This document shows positions 51,183 through 64,000 of a DNA stretch of 64,000 nt, piece by piece. The DNA is from Mobula hypostoma (taxonomy: Eukaryota): the NCBI RefSeq assembly GCF_963921235.1, contig NC_086108.1, positions 95,854,001 to 95,918,000 of the forward strand, given 5' to 3'. How positions within the stretch are numbered: the stretch's first letter is position 1; each line of letters begins with the position of its first letter. Under the pieces are notes generated by a model. The model did no database searches, had not been told where the DNA came from, and was given only the letters and a program-made list of their open reading frames with translations. The position numbers and the translations under genes were made by a program.

Positions 51183-52249
51183 AAAGAATTCCGTAGACTT
51201 ATCACCTTCCGTTGACTCTTCAAGGCCCAGAATTCATAAGTTATTTCTTCTGCTTCTATTTTCTAAATCAATAATCTTCTGTCTTAATTTTTCATTAGAC
51301 TTGGATTGTTTCTCACAAAGCTTTTGCAGGTCATCAATTCTCGCATCCAAAATCGTCAGAGTTGCTTCATTCTCTTCTATTCGTTTATCATGTTCAGTTA
51401 AGGTTTTTTTGAATAGAATCCAATTTTGTATCTTTTTTTTAACTTCAGAGCTGAGTTGCTGGAACTTCTGCTGGAACTGCTTGGAGGATTCTTTTCTGTG
51501 TTCTTGAAGCAAATCCATAATAGATTCCAAGGTTGCAGGAGGTTCTTCTTTTTTAGTACCTTTGGCAGCCCTTGTAGCCATAGTAAAAACAATATCACCT
51601 TTAAAAGTAAGGTTTCAAAGCAGGTTAGAAACAGTAAAATAAGTAAAATAGGAGCAACTGTAAAAAGCTGCTAATCCATCAACTACTAGTAGGAATCTCA
51701 TAGATTTTTATAGAAATTAGAGAGCAGATTATGCTTATACTGGCCCATCTCTGTCAATAACTAGTGTATTAAGTCTCATTCCCCTGTCGTTTATATCATT
51801 ATACCCACTAATTACTTTTAATATTTTTTTATCTGCAATCCTTTTAATGCTATGAAGGATTTCCCTTTCATCCTTATTTTTTCTAACATAACTTCAATGC
51901 CTAAAATATACAACATTCTTCTAACATTTTCCTAATCATTCTGTGATCATTTTAAACTTATATTGTCCAATTAGGAATTCACCAAACATAGGAATGACTA
52001 TTTTCCTACTATAATTTGAACACCTCTGCCAGGAATCCTTTTAACCATTTTTGCTCAAATAGTAAGAGCTTTAGTTGATAGCCAGCTTCCTGAATAAAAT
52101 CCTATATTTCTGGTATAATCCTAATTATTATCTTCTCTGTTTTGTCCATGGTTTTGACATCTTTGCAGGGTGTTAGAAGTTGAACACGTTATTCCGTACA
52201 GTCCAAACCAAAGATTATTGCTATTCAGGGACACAAGAATGGAGTCACA

Positions 52250-53085
52250 GAATCATAGAACACTACAGCACAGACAGAGGCTTTTCATCCCATCTAGTCC
52301 ATGCTGAACAATTAATCTCCCTGGTCCCATTGACTTGCACCATAGCCCTCCACACTCTTCCCGTCCATATGCCTATCCAAATTTCAAAGTGTTGAAATCG
52401 AACCGCCATCCTCCACTTCCGGTGGCAACTCTTTCAATCTTATTGATACTTTTCTGGTAGGTAGGTGGCTGGAAATGCATACAATACTCCATGTTAGGCT
52501 TCACCAAAGCCTTATTCGATTTCAACATAACATTCCAATTCCTGTACTCAGTACTTTGTAAATGCCCAATATGCCAATGGCTCTCTTTATGACCCTATCT
52601 ACAGTACCTGTGATGCCACTTTCAAGGAATTATGTATGGATCTGTATTCCCAGATCCCTCTAGTCTATCGAACTCTTTAGTACCCGTCTGTTCTCCATGT
52701 AGGTCCTACACTGGCTTGTCCTCCCAAAATGCAACATCTCACACTTATCTGCATTAAATTTCACATGCCATTTTTCAGCTCATTTTCCCAGCTGGTCTGG
52801 ATTCTATTTCAAGCTTTGACCACTATGTCCCACAAATCTGCTGATCTAGTTTACTATGTTATCATCCAGATCATTGATAGAGATGACAAACCACAGTGGA
52901 CCCAGCACTGATACCTGTGGCACACTAATAGTCACAAGCTTCCAGTCAGAGAGGCAACGATCTACTACCACTCTCTGCTTTCTCCTGTGGAGCCAATGTC
53001 TAATCCAATTTACTACTCATGCTGAATGCCGAGTAACTGAACCTTCTTGACCAACCTCCCATGCAGGACCTTGTCAAAGGCCTCA
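52250..53085 (-). mobile_element. Degraded CR1 RT-3' fragment, followed by a Penelope UTR remnant (~53090-53500)
   Basis: EAFDKVLHGRLVKKVQLLGI; reversed VPQVSVLGPL; catagaacac tail. Confidence 0.75.
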
Positions 53086-53817
53086 CAAAAGATCCTGGAA
53101 TCTGGAGCAAAAGCAAACTGTTGGATGAACTTAATGAGTGAGGAATGGAATGTCAACATTTCAGGTTGAGTCTCCTCGACTGGAATGAAAGGTAGAGGGG
53201 AATAGCCATTGTTAAGAGGGAAGGGGAAGGGATAGAGCTGGCAAGTGATAGGTGATTCCAGGAGAGGAGTCATCTTAGGTGATGGAGGGAGAGAAAGTGG
53301 GAATATTGACAGAAATTGGGAGGTGATAGTTGGAGGCAATGAAGGGTTGCAGATGATGGAAACTGATAGGTAAGGTGGGTAAGGAAGGTGGTGCATGGGA
53401 CCAAAGAAAGGAAGTTGGGTGGGTTGAGGGAAATGGTAGAGGAATGGAACCCAGTGGGAGGACAGTGTAAGCGATGGACAGATACAGTGGGTGGAGGAGG
53501 GCAAAGTATAATTCCCATTTTCCTTCTGTGCTTTACACTATTACTTATAAAGCTGAAGATCTCATATAATTTTTCAACTTAATTGGCCATTTAAAAGATG
53601 TGTTGCTCTGCCTGAAAGTTTCCCTGTAGATAAATAATATTAAAAATAATTAGTGTGTGTACAGATATAGGGAAACTCTGGGGGAACAAGACTTAATTTG
53701 CAAGTTATTTAGAGAGATGGGCCAGAAACGGGTTATGTCTCTTTAATTTCTATAAAAATCTATGCCATCTTTACTCTATTTTACAGCCCAGAATGTGATG
53801 TTTTACATTCCATCATG

Positions 53818-56010
53818 AAAAAGGACAGGAAAAATTTTAATTGGGGAGGGGCAAATTATGAGGCTATAAGGCTAGAACTTGCGGGTGTGAATTGGGATGA
53901 TGTTTTTGCAGGGAAATGTACGATGGACATGTGGTCGATGTTTAGAGATCTCTTGCGGGATGTAAAGGATAAATTTGTCCCGGTGAGGAAGATAAAGAAT
54001 GGTAGGGTGAAGGAACCATGGATGACAAGTGAGGTGGAAAATCTAGTCAGGTGGAAGAAGGCAGCATACATGAGGTTTAGGAAGCAAAGATCAGATGGGT
54101 CTATTGAGGAATATAGGGAAGCAAGAAAACAGCTTAAGAAGGGGCTGAGGAGAGCAAGAAGGGGGCATGAGAAGGCCTTGGCGAGTAGGGTAAAGGAAAA
54201 CCCCAAGGCATTCTTCAATTATGTGAAGAACAAAAGGATGACAGGAGTGAAGGTAGGACCGATTAGAGATAAAGGTGGGAAGATGTGCCTGGAGGCTGTG
54301 GAAGTGAGTGAGGTCCTCAATGAATACTTCTCTTCAGTATTCACCAATGAGAGGGAACTTGATGACGGTGAGGACGATGTGAGTGAGGTTGATGTTCTGG
54401 AGCATGTTGATATTAAGGGAGAGGAGGTGTTGGAGTTGTTAAAATACATTAGGATGGATAAGTCCCTGGGGCCTGATGGAATATTCCCCAGGCTGCTTCA
54501 CGCGGCGAGGGAAGAGATTGCTGAGCCTCTGGCTAGGATCTTTATGTCCTCGTTGTCCACGGGAATGGTACCGAAGAATTGGAGGGAGGTGAATGTTGTC
54601 CCCTTGTTCAAAAAAGGTAGTAGGGATAGTCCAAGTAATTATAGACCAGTGAGCCTTACATCTGTGGTGGGAAAGCTGTAGGAAAAGATTCTTAGAGATA
54701 GGATCTATAGGCATTTAGAGAATCATGGTCTGATCAGGGACAGTCAGCATGGCTTTGTGAAGGGCAGATCGTGTCTAACAAGCCTGATAGAGTTCTTTGA
54801 GGAGGTGGCCAGGCATATAGATGAGGGTAGTGCAGTGGATGTGATCTACATGGATTTTAGTAAGGCATTTGACAAGGTTCCACATGGTAGGCTTATTCAG
54901 AAAGTCAGAAGGCATGGGATCCAGGGAAGTTTGGCCAGGTGGATTCAGAATTGGCTTGCCTGCAGAAGGCAGAGGGTCATGGTGGAGGGAGTACATTCAG
55001 ATTGGAGGGTTGTGACTAATGGTGTCCCACAAGGATCTGTTCTGGGACCTCTACTTTTCGTGATTTTTATTAACGACCTGGATGTCGGGGTAGAAGGGTG
55101 GTTTGGCAAGTTTGCAGACGACAAAGGTTGGTGGTGTTGTAGATATAGTGTAGAGGATTGTTGAGGATTGCAGAGAGACATTGATAGGATGCAGAAGTGG
55201 GCTGAGAAGTGGCAGATGGAGTTCAAACTGGAGAAGTGTGAGGTGGTACACTTTGGAAGGACAAACTCCAAGGCAGAGTACAAAGTAAATGGCAGGATAC
55301 TTGGTAGTGTGGAGGAGCAGAGGGATCTGGGGGTACATGTCCACATATCCCTGAAAGTTGCCTCACAGGTAGATAGGGTAGTTAAGAAAGCTTATGGGGT
55401 GTTAGCTTTCATAAGTCGAGAGATAGAGTTTAAGAGTCGTGATGTAATGATGCAGCTCTTTAAAACTCTGGTTAGGCCACACTTGAAGTACTGTGTCCAG
55501 TTCTGGTTGCCTCACTATAGGAAGGATTTGGATGCATTGGAAAGGGTACAGAGGAGATTTACCAGAATGCTGCCTGGTTTAGAGAGTATGCATTATGATC
55601 AGAGATTAAGGGAGCTAGGGCTTTACACTTTGGGGAGAAGGAGAATGAGAGGAGACATGATAGAGGTGTACAAGATATTAAGAGGAATAGATAGAGTGGA
55701 TAGCCAGTACCTGTTCCCCAGGGCACCACTGCTCAATACAAGAGGACATGGCTTTAAGGTAAGGAGTGGGAAGTTCAAGGGGGATATTAGAGGAAGGTTT
55801 TTTACTCAGAGAGTGGTTGGTGCGTGGAATGCACTGCCTGAGTCAGTGATGGAGGCAGATACACTAGTGAAGTTTAAGAGACTACTAGACAGGTATATGG
55901 AGGAATTTAAGGTGGGGGGTTATATGGGAGGCAGGGTTTGAGGGTCGGCACAACATTGTGGGCTGAAGGGCCTGTAATGTGCTTTACTCTTCTATGCTCT
56001 ACGTTCTATG
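53818..56010 (+). mobile_element. Relatively young 5'-truncated CR1 ORF2
   Basis: Three long consecutive ORFs (288, 135, 257 aa) with [28 protein letters not shown] and TRGHGFK; one stop at 54679 and a frameshift near 55120. Confidence 0.95.
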
Positions 56011-56519
56011 AAATTTCCTGTATCTGATATACTATCATACCTACTCGTTCCCGTGGTTATTTTTCAGAGGTAACCTTACTCTCTTTTTTTGGGTCATCAC
56101 TTCAAGTACATGTTACGTCTATGTCAAGGGAAGTAAAGATGTCAGCGCCGATTCCAAGACTATCAATGTAGTCATCTTCTCAATCCATTAAAGATTGGAT
56201 GATTTTTTTTGTGCTTAAATAACTATGCTGTTATATTCTCTTTAACAGAATGTTCTTCAATTTATCGACCTATTCAAAAACAATTTCATAGATACACACC
56301 ATTCGCTGTGTTTCTTTTACTGATGCATTACTTTATTGGCTCAACCATCTGCTTGTCAGATATAATTTGCCCTTAACAAATCTGTGTTGGCTTTTGTTAA
56401 TAAACACTTTTAATCCTCTGCTAAATTTTATCAGTATTGTAACTTCCAGAAGTTAAACCACTTAGCCTCCAGTTTATTTCTTTCCGTTTACAAACAGATT
56501 ACATGACCCTAGTATCATG

Positions 56520-59500
56520 TAACAGGGGCAGAATTGGGGCATTCTGCCCATTGAGTCTGCTCCACCATTCCATCATGGCCTGATCCATTTTCCCTATCAA
56601 TCCCGTTCTCTTGCCTTTTCTCCATTACTGTCGATGCTCTGACTAATCAAAAACCTATGAATCTCCACTTTAAATATATCTAATGACTAGGCCACCACAG
56701 CCATTTGGGCAATGAATTCCACAAATTCATCACCTTCTGGGTAAAGAAATTCCTCCTCATCTCTGTTCTAAATGGTCATCTCTCTATTCTGAGGCTCTGC
56801 CCTCAGGTCCTAGATTCCCCCACTACAGGAAGCATCCTCTCCACGTCCACCCTATCTAGGCCTTTCAACATTTGATAGGTTTCAAAGAGATTCCCCCCAC
56901 CTCCCCACCCCAGCATTCTTCTAAACTCTAGCAAGTATAGGCCGGGAGCCATTAAACGCTCCTCATATGATAATCCTTGCATTCCCAGAATCATTCTTCG
57001 GAACTTCCTCTGTACTCTCTCCAATGCCAGCACATCTTTTCTGAGCCAAGGAGCAAAAAATTGCTCAGAATACTCCAATGTGGTCTGAACAATGTCTTAT
57101 AAAGCCTCAGCATTAATCATTCCTTTTATATTCGAGTCCTCTCGAAATGAATTCTATCATTGCTTTTGTCTTCCCTACCACAGACTCATCCTGCAAGTTA
57201 ACCTTTAGGGAATCCTGCACGAGGACTCACAAGTCCCTTTGCACCTCCAATTTTTAAAATTTTCTCCTTGTTTAAAAAAATAGTCTATTCTTTTATTCCA
57301 TCCACTGAAGTGCATGCCCATACTCTTCTCTACACTATATTCCATCTGCTACTTCTTTACCCATTCCCCCAATATGTTTAAGTCATTCTACAGACTCCCT
57401 GCTTCCTCAAAGCTACCTGCCCTTCCACCCATCTTCATATCAATTGCAAACTTGGCCACCAAGCCACTAATACTGCCATCCAAATCATTGAGATATAACG
57501 TGAAAAGAAGCAGTCCGAACACTGAGCTCTGCAGAACACCACTAGCCACCAACAGCCAAGCAGAAAAGAACCCCTTTATTTACACTCTTTGCCTCCTGCC
57601 AGTCAGCCAATCTTCTATTCATGCTAGTATCTTTCCTCAAAGAATTCCAACAGATTTGTCAGGCAAAATTTCCCCTTAAGGAAACCACGCTAATTTTCGC
57701 CCCTTTGATCATATGCGTCCAAGTACCCCAAAAACTCATCCTTATTAATGAATGCCAACCCCTTCCCAAACACTGAAGTCAGGATAACCGGCGTATAATT
57801 TCCTATTTTCTGACTCGCTCCCCTTTTAAAGAGCGGAGTGACATCTTCTATTTTCCAGTCCTCCAGAATCAAGTAATTCTTGAAGGGTCATTACTAATGC
57901 CTCGACGATCTCTTCAGCTATGGTGGTGCCAGAAAGTTTGAGAATCCTGTAGAATTTTCTTTATTTCTGCATATATATGATCTGAAATATGATCTGGTCT
58001 TCACACATAAGTCCTAAAACTAAATAAAGAGAATCCAATTAAATAAATAACACAAAAACATTATACTTGTTTATTTATTTATTGAGAAAAATGATCCAAT
58101 ATTATATGTATTTGTTGGAAAAATTATGTGAACCATTTCAGAAATCGTTGATCAGTCCTGCACATCGGCTTTGAGGAACTTTAGGCTATTCCACCTTACA
58201 AAACTGTTTCAACTCTGGGTTGTTGATGGGCTTCCTTGCATGAACTGCTTGCTTCAGGTCCTTCCACAACATTTCTATAGGATTAAGGTCAGGACTTTGA
58301 CTTGGCCATTCAAAACACGAATGTTCTTCTTTTTAAACCATTCTGTTGTTGATTTACTCTTGTCCTTCCTATCATTGTCTTGTTGCATTATTCAACTTCT
58401 ATTAAGCTTCATGTGGTGGACTGCTACCCTGGCCTTCTCCTGTAAAACGTTTTGATACAATTTGAATTCATTGATCCCTCAATGACTGCAAGCTGTCCAG
58501 GCCCTGAGACAGCAAAGCAGCCCCAACCTATGATTCTCCTTCCACCATGCTTCATAGTTGGGATGAGGTTTTGGTGTTGGTGTGGTGTTTCCTTCAAACA
58601 TAGCGATGTGCACTTCTGTCAAAAAAGTTCAACTTTTGTCTCATCTGGCCACAGGAGAGTGTCCCAAAAATGTTGTAGAATATCTAGCTGGTCTTGAGAC
58701 ATACAGCAATGTTTTATTTGGAGAGCAGTGTTTTCTCCATGGTATCCTTCCGTGAATACCATTCTTGTTCAGTGTTTTTCTTATAGTGGGCACACAAACA
58801 GAGACTAGCAAGTTCTAGAGATTTCTGCAGGCCTTTAGCTGTTACCCTTGGGTTCTTTTTCACCTCCTTCAGCACTGCATATTGTGCTCTTGGTGTGATC
58901 TTTACAGGATGCCCACTCCTAGGGAGAGTAGCAACAGGACTCAGTTTCATGCATTTGTAGGCAATTCCTCTTACTGTGGACTGATGAACACTCCAGTCTG
59001 CAGAAGTGCTTTTGTAGTCTTTTCCAGCTTCATGCATCTCTACAATTCTTCTTCTAAGGAGCTCTGAGAGTTGTTTTGATCAAGGCATGGTTCACATAAA
59101 CAGATATTTCTTGAGAAGAGCAGGGTCTGTCAGTAACCTGACTTTGTGTGTCATTTTTTTTTATAGGACAAGGCACCTCTACAGCCCATACTTCCAATTT
59201 CATCTCATTGATTGGGACACCTGCCTCCAAATAGCTTTTGTAAAAGGCATTACCCCAGAAGTTCACATACTTTTTCCAACAAATACATATAATATTGGAT
59301 CATTTTTCTCAATAAATAAATGAACAAGTCTGATGTTATTGTATTATTTAATCGGGTTCTCTTTATCTAGTTTCAGGGCTTATGTGAAGATCTGATCACA
59401 TTTTAGGTCATATTTATCTACAGGGTTCACAAACTTTCTGGCACCACTGAACCTCTTTAAGAACCCTGGTGTGTAGACCACGTGGTCCAGGTGACTTATC

Positions 59501-60066
59501 TACATTCAGCCCTTTCAGATTCCTAAGCACCTTCTTAATAATAGCAACTACACTCACTTCTGTCCCCTGACACTCTCAATTTTCTGGCATATTGCGAATG
59601 CTTTTGACGGTACAGACTGATGCAAAATAATTCTTAAATTCATCCCCCATTACAATGTCCCCCATCACTACCTCGCCAGCATCATTTTCCAGTAGTCTGA
59701 TACCCACTCTCGCCTCTCTTTTACTCTTTATATATCTGAAAAAAACTTTTTGTATCCTTTTTAATATTATGGCTAACTTACCTTCATACATCATCTTCAT
59801 CTTTTCACTCCTTAATTGCTTTTAATTACTTATGTTGGCTTTTAAAAGCTTCCCAGTCCTTTAACTTCCTGTTAATTTTTGCTGTATCATATTCCCTCTC
59901 TTTTGCTTTTATGCTCTTTGACTTCACTTGTCTATCGTAATTGCGTTTTGAATACTTTGAATATAATTCTTGAAGAATTGAATACTCCCTTTTGAATACT
60001 TCTTCATCTTGGGTACATATTTATCTTGTGCCTTCTGAATTGCTCTCAAAAACTCCAGCCATTGCT
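56520..60066 (-). mobile_element. Degraded CR1 ORF2 interrupted by a Tc1 element
   Basis: EYSEQFFAPWLRKDVLALERVQ, EDWKIEDVTPLFK and KNYFASVCT motifs; tcttcagcta|cctctttaagaaccctgg rejoined across the Tc1. Confidence 0.8.
57921..59449 (-). mobile_element. Decayed Tc1-like transposon with long (~210 bp) TIRs
   Basis: TIR (tg)gtggtgccagaaagtttg...gttggaaaaattatgtgaac / gttcacatactttttccaac...aaactttctggcaccactg; TA at left, AA at right; transposase remnants HEAGKDYK...LPRSGHPVKIT and LWPDETKVELF. Confidence 0.9.
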
Positions 60067-60067
60067 A

Positions 60068-63000
60068 GAAATATAGAAACACAGAAAACCTACAGCACAA
60101 TACAGGCCCTTCGGCCCACAATGCTGTGCCGAACGCGTCCTTACCTTAGAAATTACCTAGGGTTACCCATAGCCCTCTTTTTTTCTAAGCTCCATGTACC
60201 TATCTAAGAGTCTCTTAAAGGACCCTATTATATCCGCCTCCACCACCGTTGCTGGCAGCCCATTCCATGCGCTCACCACTCTCTGCATAAAAAACTTACC
60301 CCAGCATCTCCTCTGTACCGACTTCCAAGCACCTTAAAACTGTGCCCTCTTTTGTTAGCCATTTCAGCACTGGGAAAAAGCTTCTGACTATCCACATGAT
60401 CAATGCCTGTCATCATCTTATACACCTCTATCAGGTCACCTCTCATCCTCTGCTGCTCCAAGGAGAAAAGGCTGAGTTCACTCAACCTATTCTCAAAAGG
60501 CATGCTCCCCAATCCAGGCAACATCCTTGTAAATCTCTTCTGCACCCTTTCTATAGTTTCTACATCCTTCCTGTAGTGAGGTGACAAGAACTGAGCACAG
60601 TACTCCAAGTAGGCTCTGAAAAGGGTTCTATATACGTAGCTGTAACATTACCTCTCAGCTCTTAAACTCAATCCAACGGTTGATGAGAGCCAATGCACCA
60701 TATGCCTTCTTAACCACAGAGTCAACCTGCCAGCAGCTTTGGGTGTTCTATGGACTCGAACCCAAGATCCCTCTGATCCTCCACACTGCCAAGAGCCTTA
60801 CCATTAATACTATATTCTGCCATCATATTTGACCTACCAAAATGAACCACCTCACACTTATCTGGGTTGAACTCCATCTGCCACTTTTCAGTCCAGTTTT
60901 GCATCCTATCAATGTCCCACTGTAACCTTTGACAGCCCTCCACACTATCCACAACACCTCTAACCTTTGTGTCATCAGCAAATTTACAAACCCATCCCTC
61001 CACTTCCTCATCCAGGTCATTTATAAAAATCATGAAGTGAAGGGGTCCCAGAATAGACCCCTGAGGCACACCACTGGTCACCAACCTCTATGCAGAATAT
61101 GACCTGTCTACAACCACACTTTGCCTTCTGTGGGCAAGCCAGTTCTGGATTCACAAAGCAATGTCACCTTGGATCCCATGCCTCCTTACTTTCTCAATAA
61201 GATTTGCATGGGGTATGTTATCAAATGCCTTGCTGAAATCCATATACACTACATCTACTGCTTTACCTTTATCAACGGGTTTAGTCACATCCTTAAAAAA
61301 TTCAATCAGGCTCATAAGGCATGACCTACCTTTGACAAAGCCATGCTAACTATCCTTAATTAAATTATGCCTCTCCAAATGTTCATAAATCCTGCCTCTC
61401 AGGATCTTTTCCATTAACTTACCAACCACTGAAGTAAGACTCACTGGTCTATAATTTACTAGGCTATCTCTACTCCCTTTCTTGAATAAGGGAACAACAT
61501 CTGCAACCCTCCAATCCTCTGGAACCTCTCCTGTCCCCATTGATGATGCAAAGATCATTGCCAGGGGCTCAGCAATCTCCTCCCTCACCTCCCACTGTAG
61601 CCTGGGGTACATGTTGTCCAGTCCCAGTCACTTATCCTACTTGATGCTTTCCAAAAGCTCCAGCACATCCTCTTCCTTAAAATCTACATGCTCAAGCTTT
61701 TCAGTCCTCTGTAAGTCATCCCTACAATCACCAAGATCCTTTTCTGTAGTGAATACTGCAGCAAAGTATTCATTAAGTACCTCTGCTATCTCCTCTGTTT
61801 CCATAAACACTTTTCCACTGTCACACTTGATTAGTCCTATTCTCTCATGTCTTATCCTCTTGCTTTTCACATACTTTTAGAATGCCTTGTGGTTTTCTTT
61901 AATCCTGCTCGCCAAGACCTTCTCATGGCCCCTTCTGGCTCTCCTAATTTCATTCTTAAGCTCCTTCCTGCTAGCCTTATAATTTTCTAGATCTCTAACA
62001 TTACTTAGTTTTTGAACCTTTTGTAAGCTTTTCTTTGCTTCTTGACTAGATTTTCAACAGCCTTTGTACACCACGGTTCCTGTACACTTTATCCTTTCCC
62101 AGTCTCATTGGAATGTACCTATGCAGAACACCACACAAATATCCCCTGAACATTTGCCACATTTCTGCTGTACATTTCCCTGAGAACATCTGTTCCCAAT
62201 TTATGCTTCCAAGTTCATGCCTGATAGTTTCATATTTCCCCTTACTTCAATTAAATGCTTTCCTAACTTGTCTGTTCCTATCGCTCTCCAATGCTATGGT
62301 AAAGGAGATAGAATTGTGATCACTATCTCTAGAATGCTCTCCCACTGAGAGACCCGACACCTGACCAGGTTTATTTCCCAATACCAGATCAAGTACAGCC
62401 TCTCCTTTTGTAGGCTTATCTACATATTGTGTCAAGAAACCTTCCTGAACACACCTAACAAACTCCACCCCATCTGAACCCCTTGCTCTAGGGAGATGCC
62501 AATCAATATTTGGGAAATTAAAATCTCCCACCACGACAACCTTACTAGAATCTGTCTCACTATCTGCTCCTCAATGTCCCTGTTACTACTGGATGGTCTA
62601 AAAAAAAGACCCAGTAGAGTTATTGATCCCTTCCTCTATCTAACTTCCACCCACAGAGACTCAGTAGACATCCCTCCATGACTTCCTCCTTTTCTGAAGC
62701 CGTGACACTATCTCTGATCAGCAGTGCCATGCCCCCACCTCTTTTGCCCCCCTCCCTGTCCTTTCTGAAAAATCTAAAGCCTGGCACTCTAAGTAACCAT
62801 TCCTGCCCCTGAGCCATCCAAGTCTCTGTAATGGCCACAACATCATAGCTCCAAGTACTGATCCACGCTCTAAGCTCATCCACTTTGTTCATAATGCTTC
62901 TTGCAGTAAAATAGACACATCTCAAACCATCGGTCTGAGCGTACCCCTTCTCTATTAGCTGCCTATCCTCCCTCTCGCCCTGTCTCCAGCTTTCTTGATT

Positions 63001-63440
63001 TGTGAGCCAACCGCCCCTTCCTCCGTCACTTCAGTTCAGTTCCCACCCCCCAGCAATTCTAGTTTAAACTCTCCCCAATAGCCTTAGCAAACCTCCCTGC
63101 CAGGATATTGGTGCCCCTCGGATTCAAGTGCAACCTGTCCTTTTTGTACAGGTCATGCCAGCCCCAAAAGAGGTTCCAATGATCCAGAAATCTAAATCCC
63201 TGCCCCCTGCTGCAATCCCTCAGCCAAGCATTTATCCTTGGACGCGATCAGAAATATCCTGGACCCTGGCACCTGGGAGGTAAACTACCATCCATGTTTC
63301 TACAGAATCACCTGTCTGACCCCCTAACTAGAGAATCCCCTATTACTGCTGCCTTCTTCCTTCTCCTACCCTTCTGAGCCACAGGGCCAGACTAAATGCC
63401 AGAGGCACGGCCACTGTTGCTTCTCCCAGGTTGCTGTTTT
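60068..63440 (-). mobile_element. Long decayed CR1 LINE (ORF1 esterase remnant + ORF2)
   Basis: YFTARSIMNKVDEL...AITETW (APE N-terminus), VGDFNFPNIDW, NYRPVSLTS and KFADDTK; upstream MVVYLPGARVQD resembles the CR1 ORF1 SGNH-esterase motif. Confidence 0.92.
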
Positions 63441-63874
63441 GCTGTTAGCCCTGCTAGTGTCTCCTTCCAATCAACTTCGGCCAGCTCCTCTCTCAAGGCT
63501 CTGTAATTTCCTTTGCTCCACTGTAATACTGATCCATCTGATTTTAGCTTTTTCCTCTCAAACTGGAGGTATTAGAATCACTACCTCCTAAGGAGTTCCT
63601 TTACCTTAAGCTCGCTAATCAAATGAAATGTCATTACATTGCACTTCCCTCATCTTATTCTGCACTACTCTGTCTTTTTGACACCTTCCTCTTAATTCTC
63701 TCTTTATTCATCAACCCCTTCTCTCTTTTCTGCATTCCCCATGCAGGCATCCTTCTTCCCCTTTCTCTTCACCTGTCATCATCTCCCTCTGGTGCCTTTC
63801 CTGTGGTCCACTCTGTTCTCCAATCAGATTCCTTCTTCTTCAGCCCTTTACCTCCTCCAATAGGACTGTGTCAT

Positions 63875-64000
63875 TGGGTTTGGAGACATGTGCCTCGATG
63901 ACCTGGAGAGCTCTGTTGGCTGGAGTCAAGCCATTATGCGTCACCCATGCCAAACAGGTTAAATGGTAGAGGCCAGACTGAATGATCCACCTGTTCTCCA
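63875..64000 (+). mobile_element. RTE 5'-derived element, second copy (cut by window edge)
   Basis: Aligns by eye to 4405-4550 (gtgcctc.atgacc...gagct...gctggagtca...gtcacccatgc.aaacaggt...gaggccagact). Confidence 0.65.

Larger units (their letters stand above)
44196..51698 (-). mobile_element. Full-length, decayed L1 LINE (ORF1 + ORF2) with 11-bp TSD and three nested insertions
   Basis: ORF1 coiled coil ...DLENRSRRNNL and YPARLRI; ORF2 APE (SRIDFF, SDHAP), RT (YRPISLLNVD, QGCPLSPLLF, YADDLLL) and CDRC...HMFWTC zinc knuckle; aataaa + A-rich tail; TSD catagattttt at 44185-44195 and 51699-51709. Confidence 0.93.

Noticed and set aside
42567..64000. Search for EPHX4 exon 1 or a promoter CpG island
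   Set aside because: No matching N-terminal coding sequence seen; the region is almost entirely TE-derived, so exon 1 is probably beyond the window.

Overview
Eukaryotic (vertebrate) genomic DNA, very probably from a cartilaginous fish (shark or ray), inferred from the repeat content: HE1/V-SINE-like SINEs, many CR1 LINEs and Penelope-derived palindromes. The window lies inside one minus-strand gene, an EPHX4-like (epoxide hydrolase 4) alpha/beta-hydrolase. Five internal coding exons (2-6; 86, 158, 129, 104 and 149 nt) are present with canonical AG/GT splice sites and compatible phases, and they splice into an uninterrupted ~208-codon frame. I did not find exons 1 and 7 in the window. The most notable observation is that this intact frame has lost two key catalytic residues: the nucleophile Asp (GHDWGG to GHGWGG) and the proton-donor/epoxide-activating Tyr (HYRN to HFRN). 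This suggests a catalytically dead pseudo-hydrolase or a neofunctionalised paralogue. The introns are mostly transposon debris: CR1, Rex1/Babar, a full-length decayed L1 with three nested insertions, Penelope remnants with hammerhead-like motifs, Tc1/mariner elements and MITEs, a 6-bp-TSD DNA element, a solo LTR, SINEs and microsatellites. Most ORFs in the supplied track are fragments of these elements or spurious. Boundaries of old repeats are approximate.
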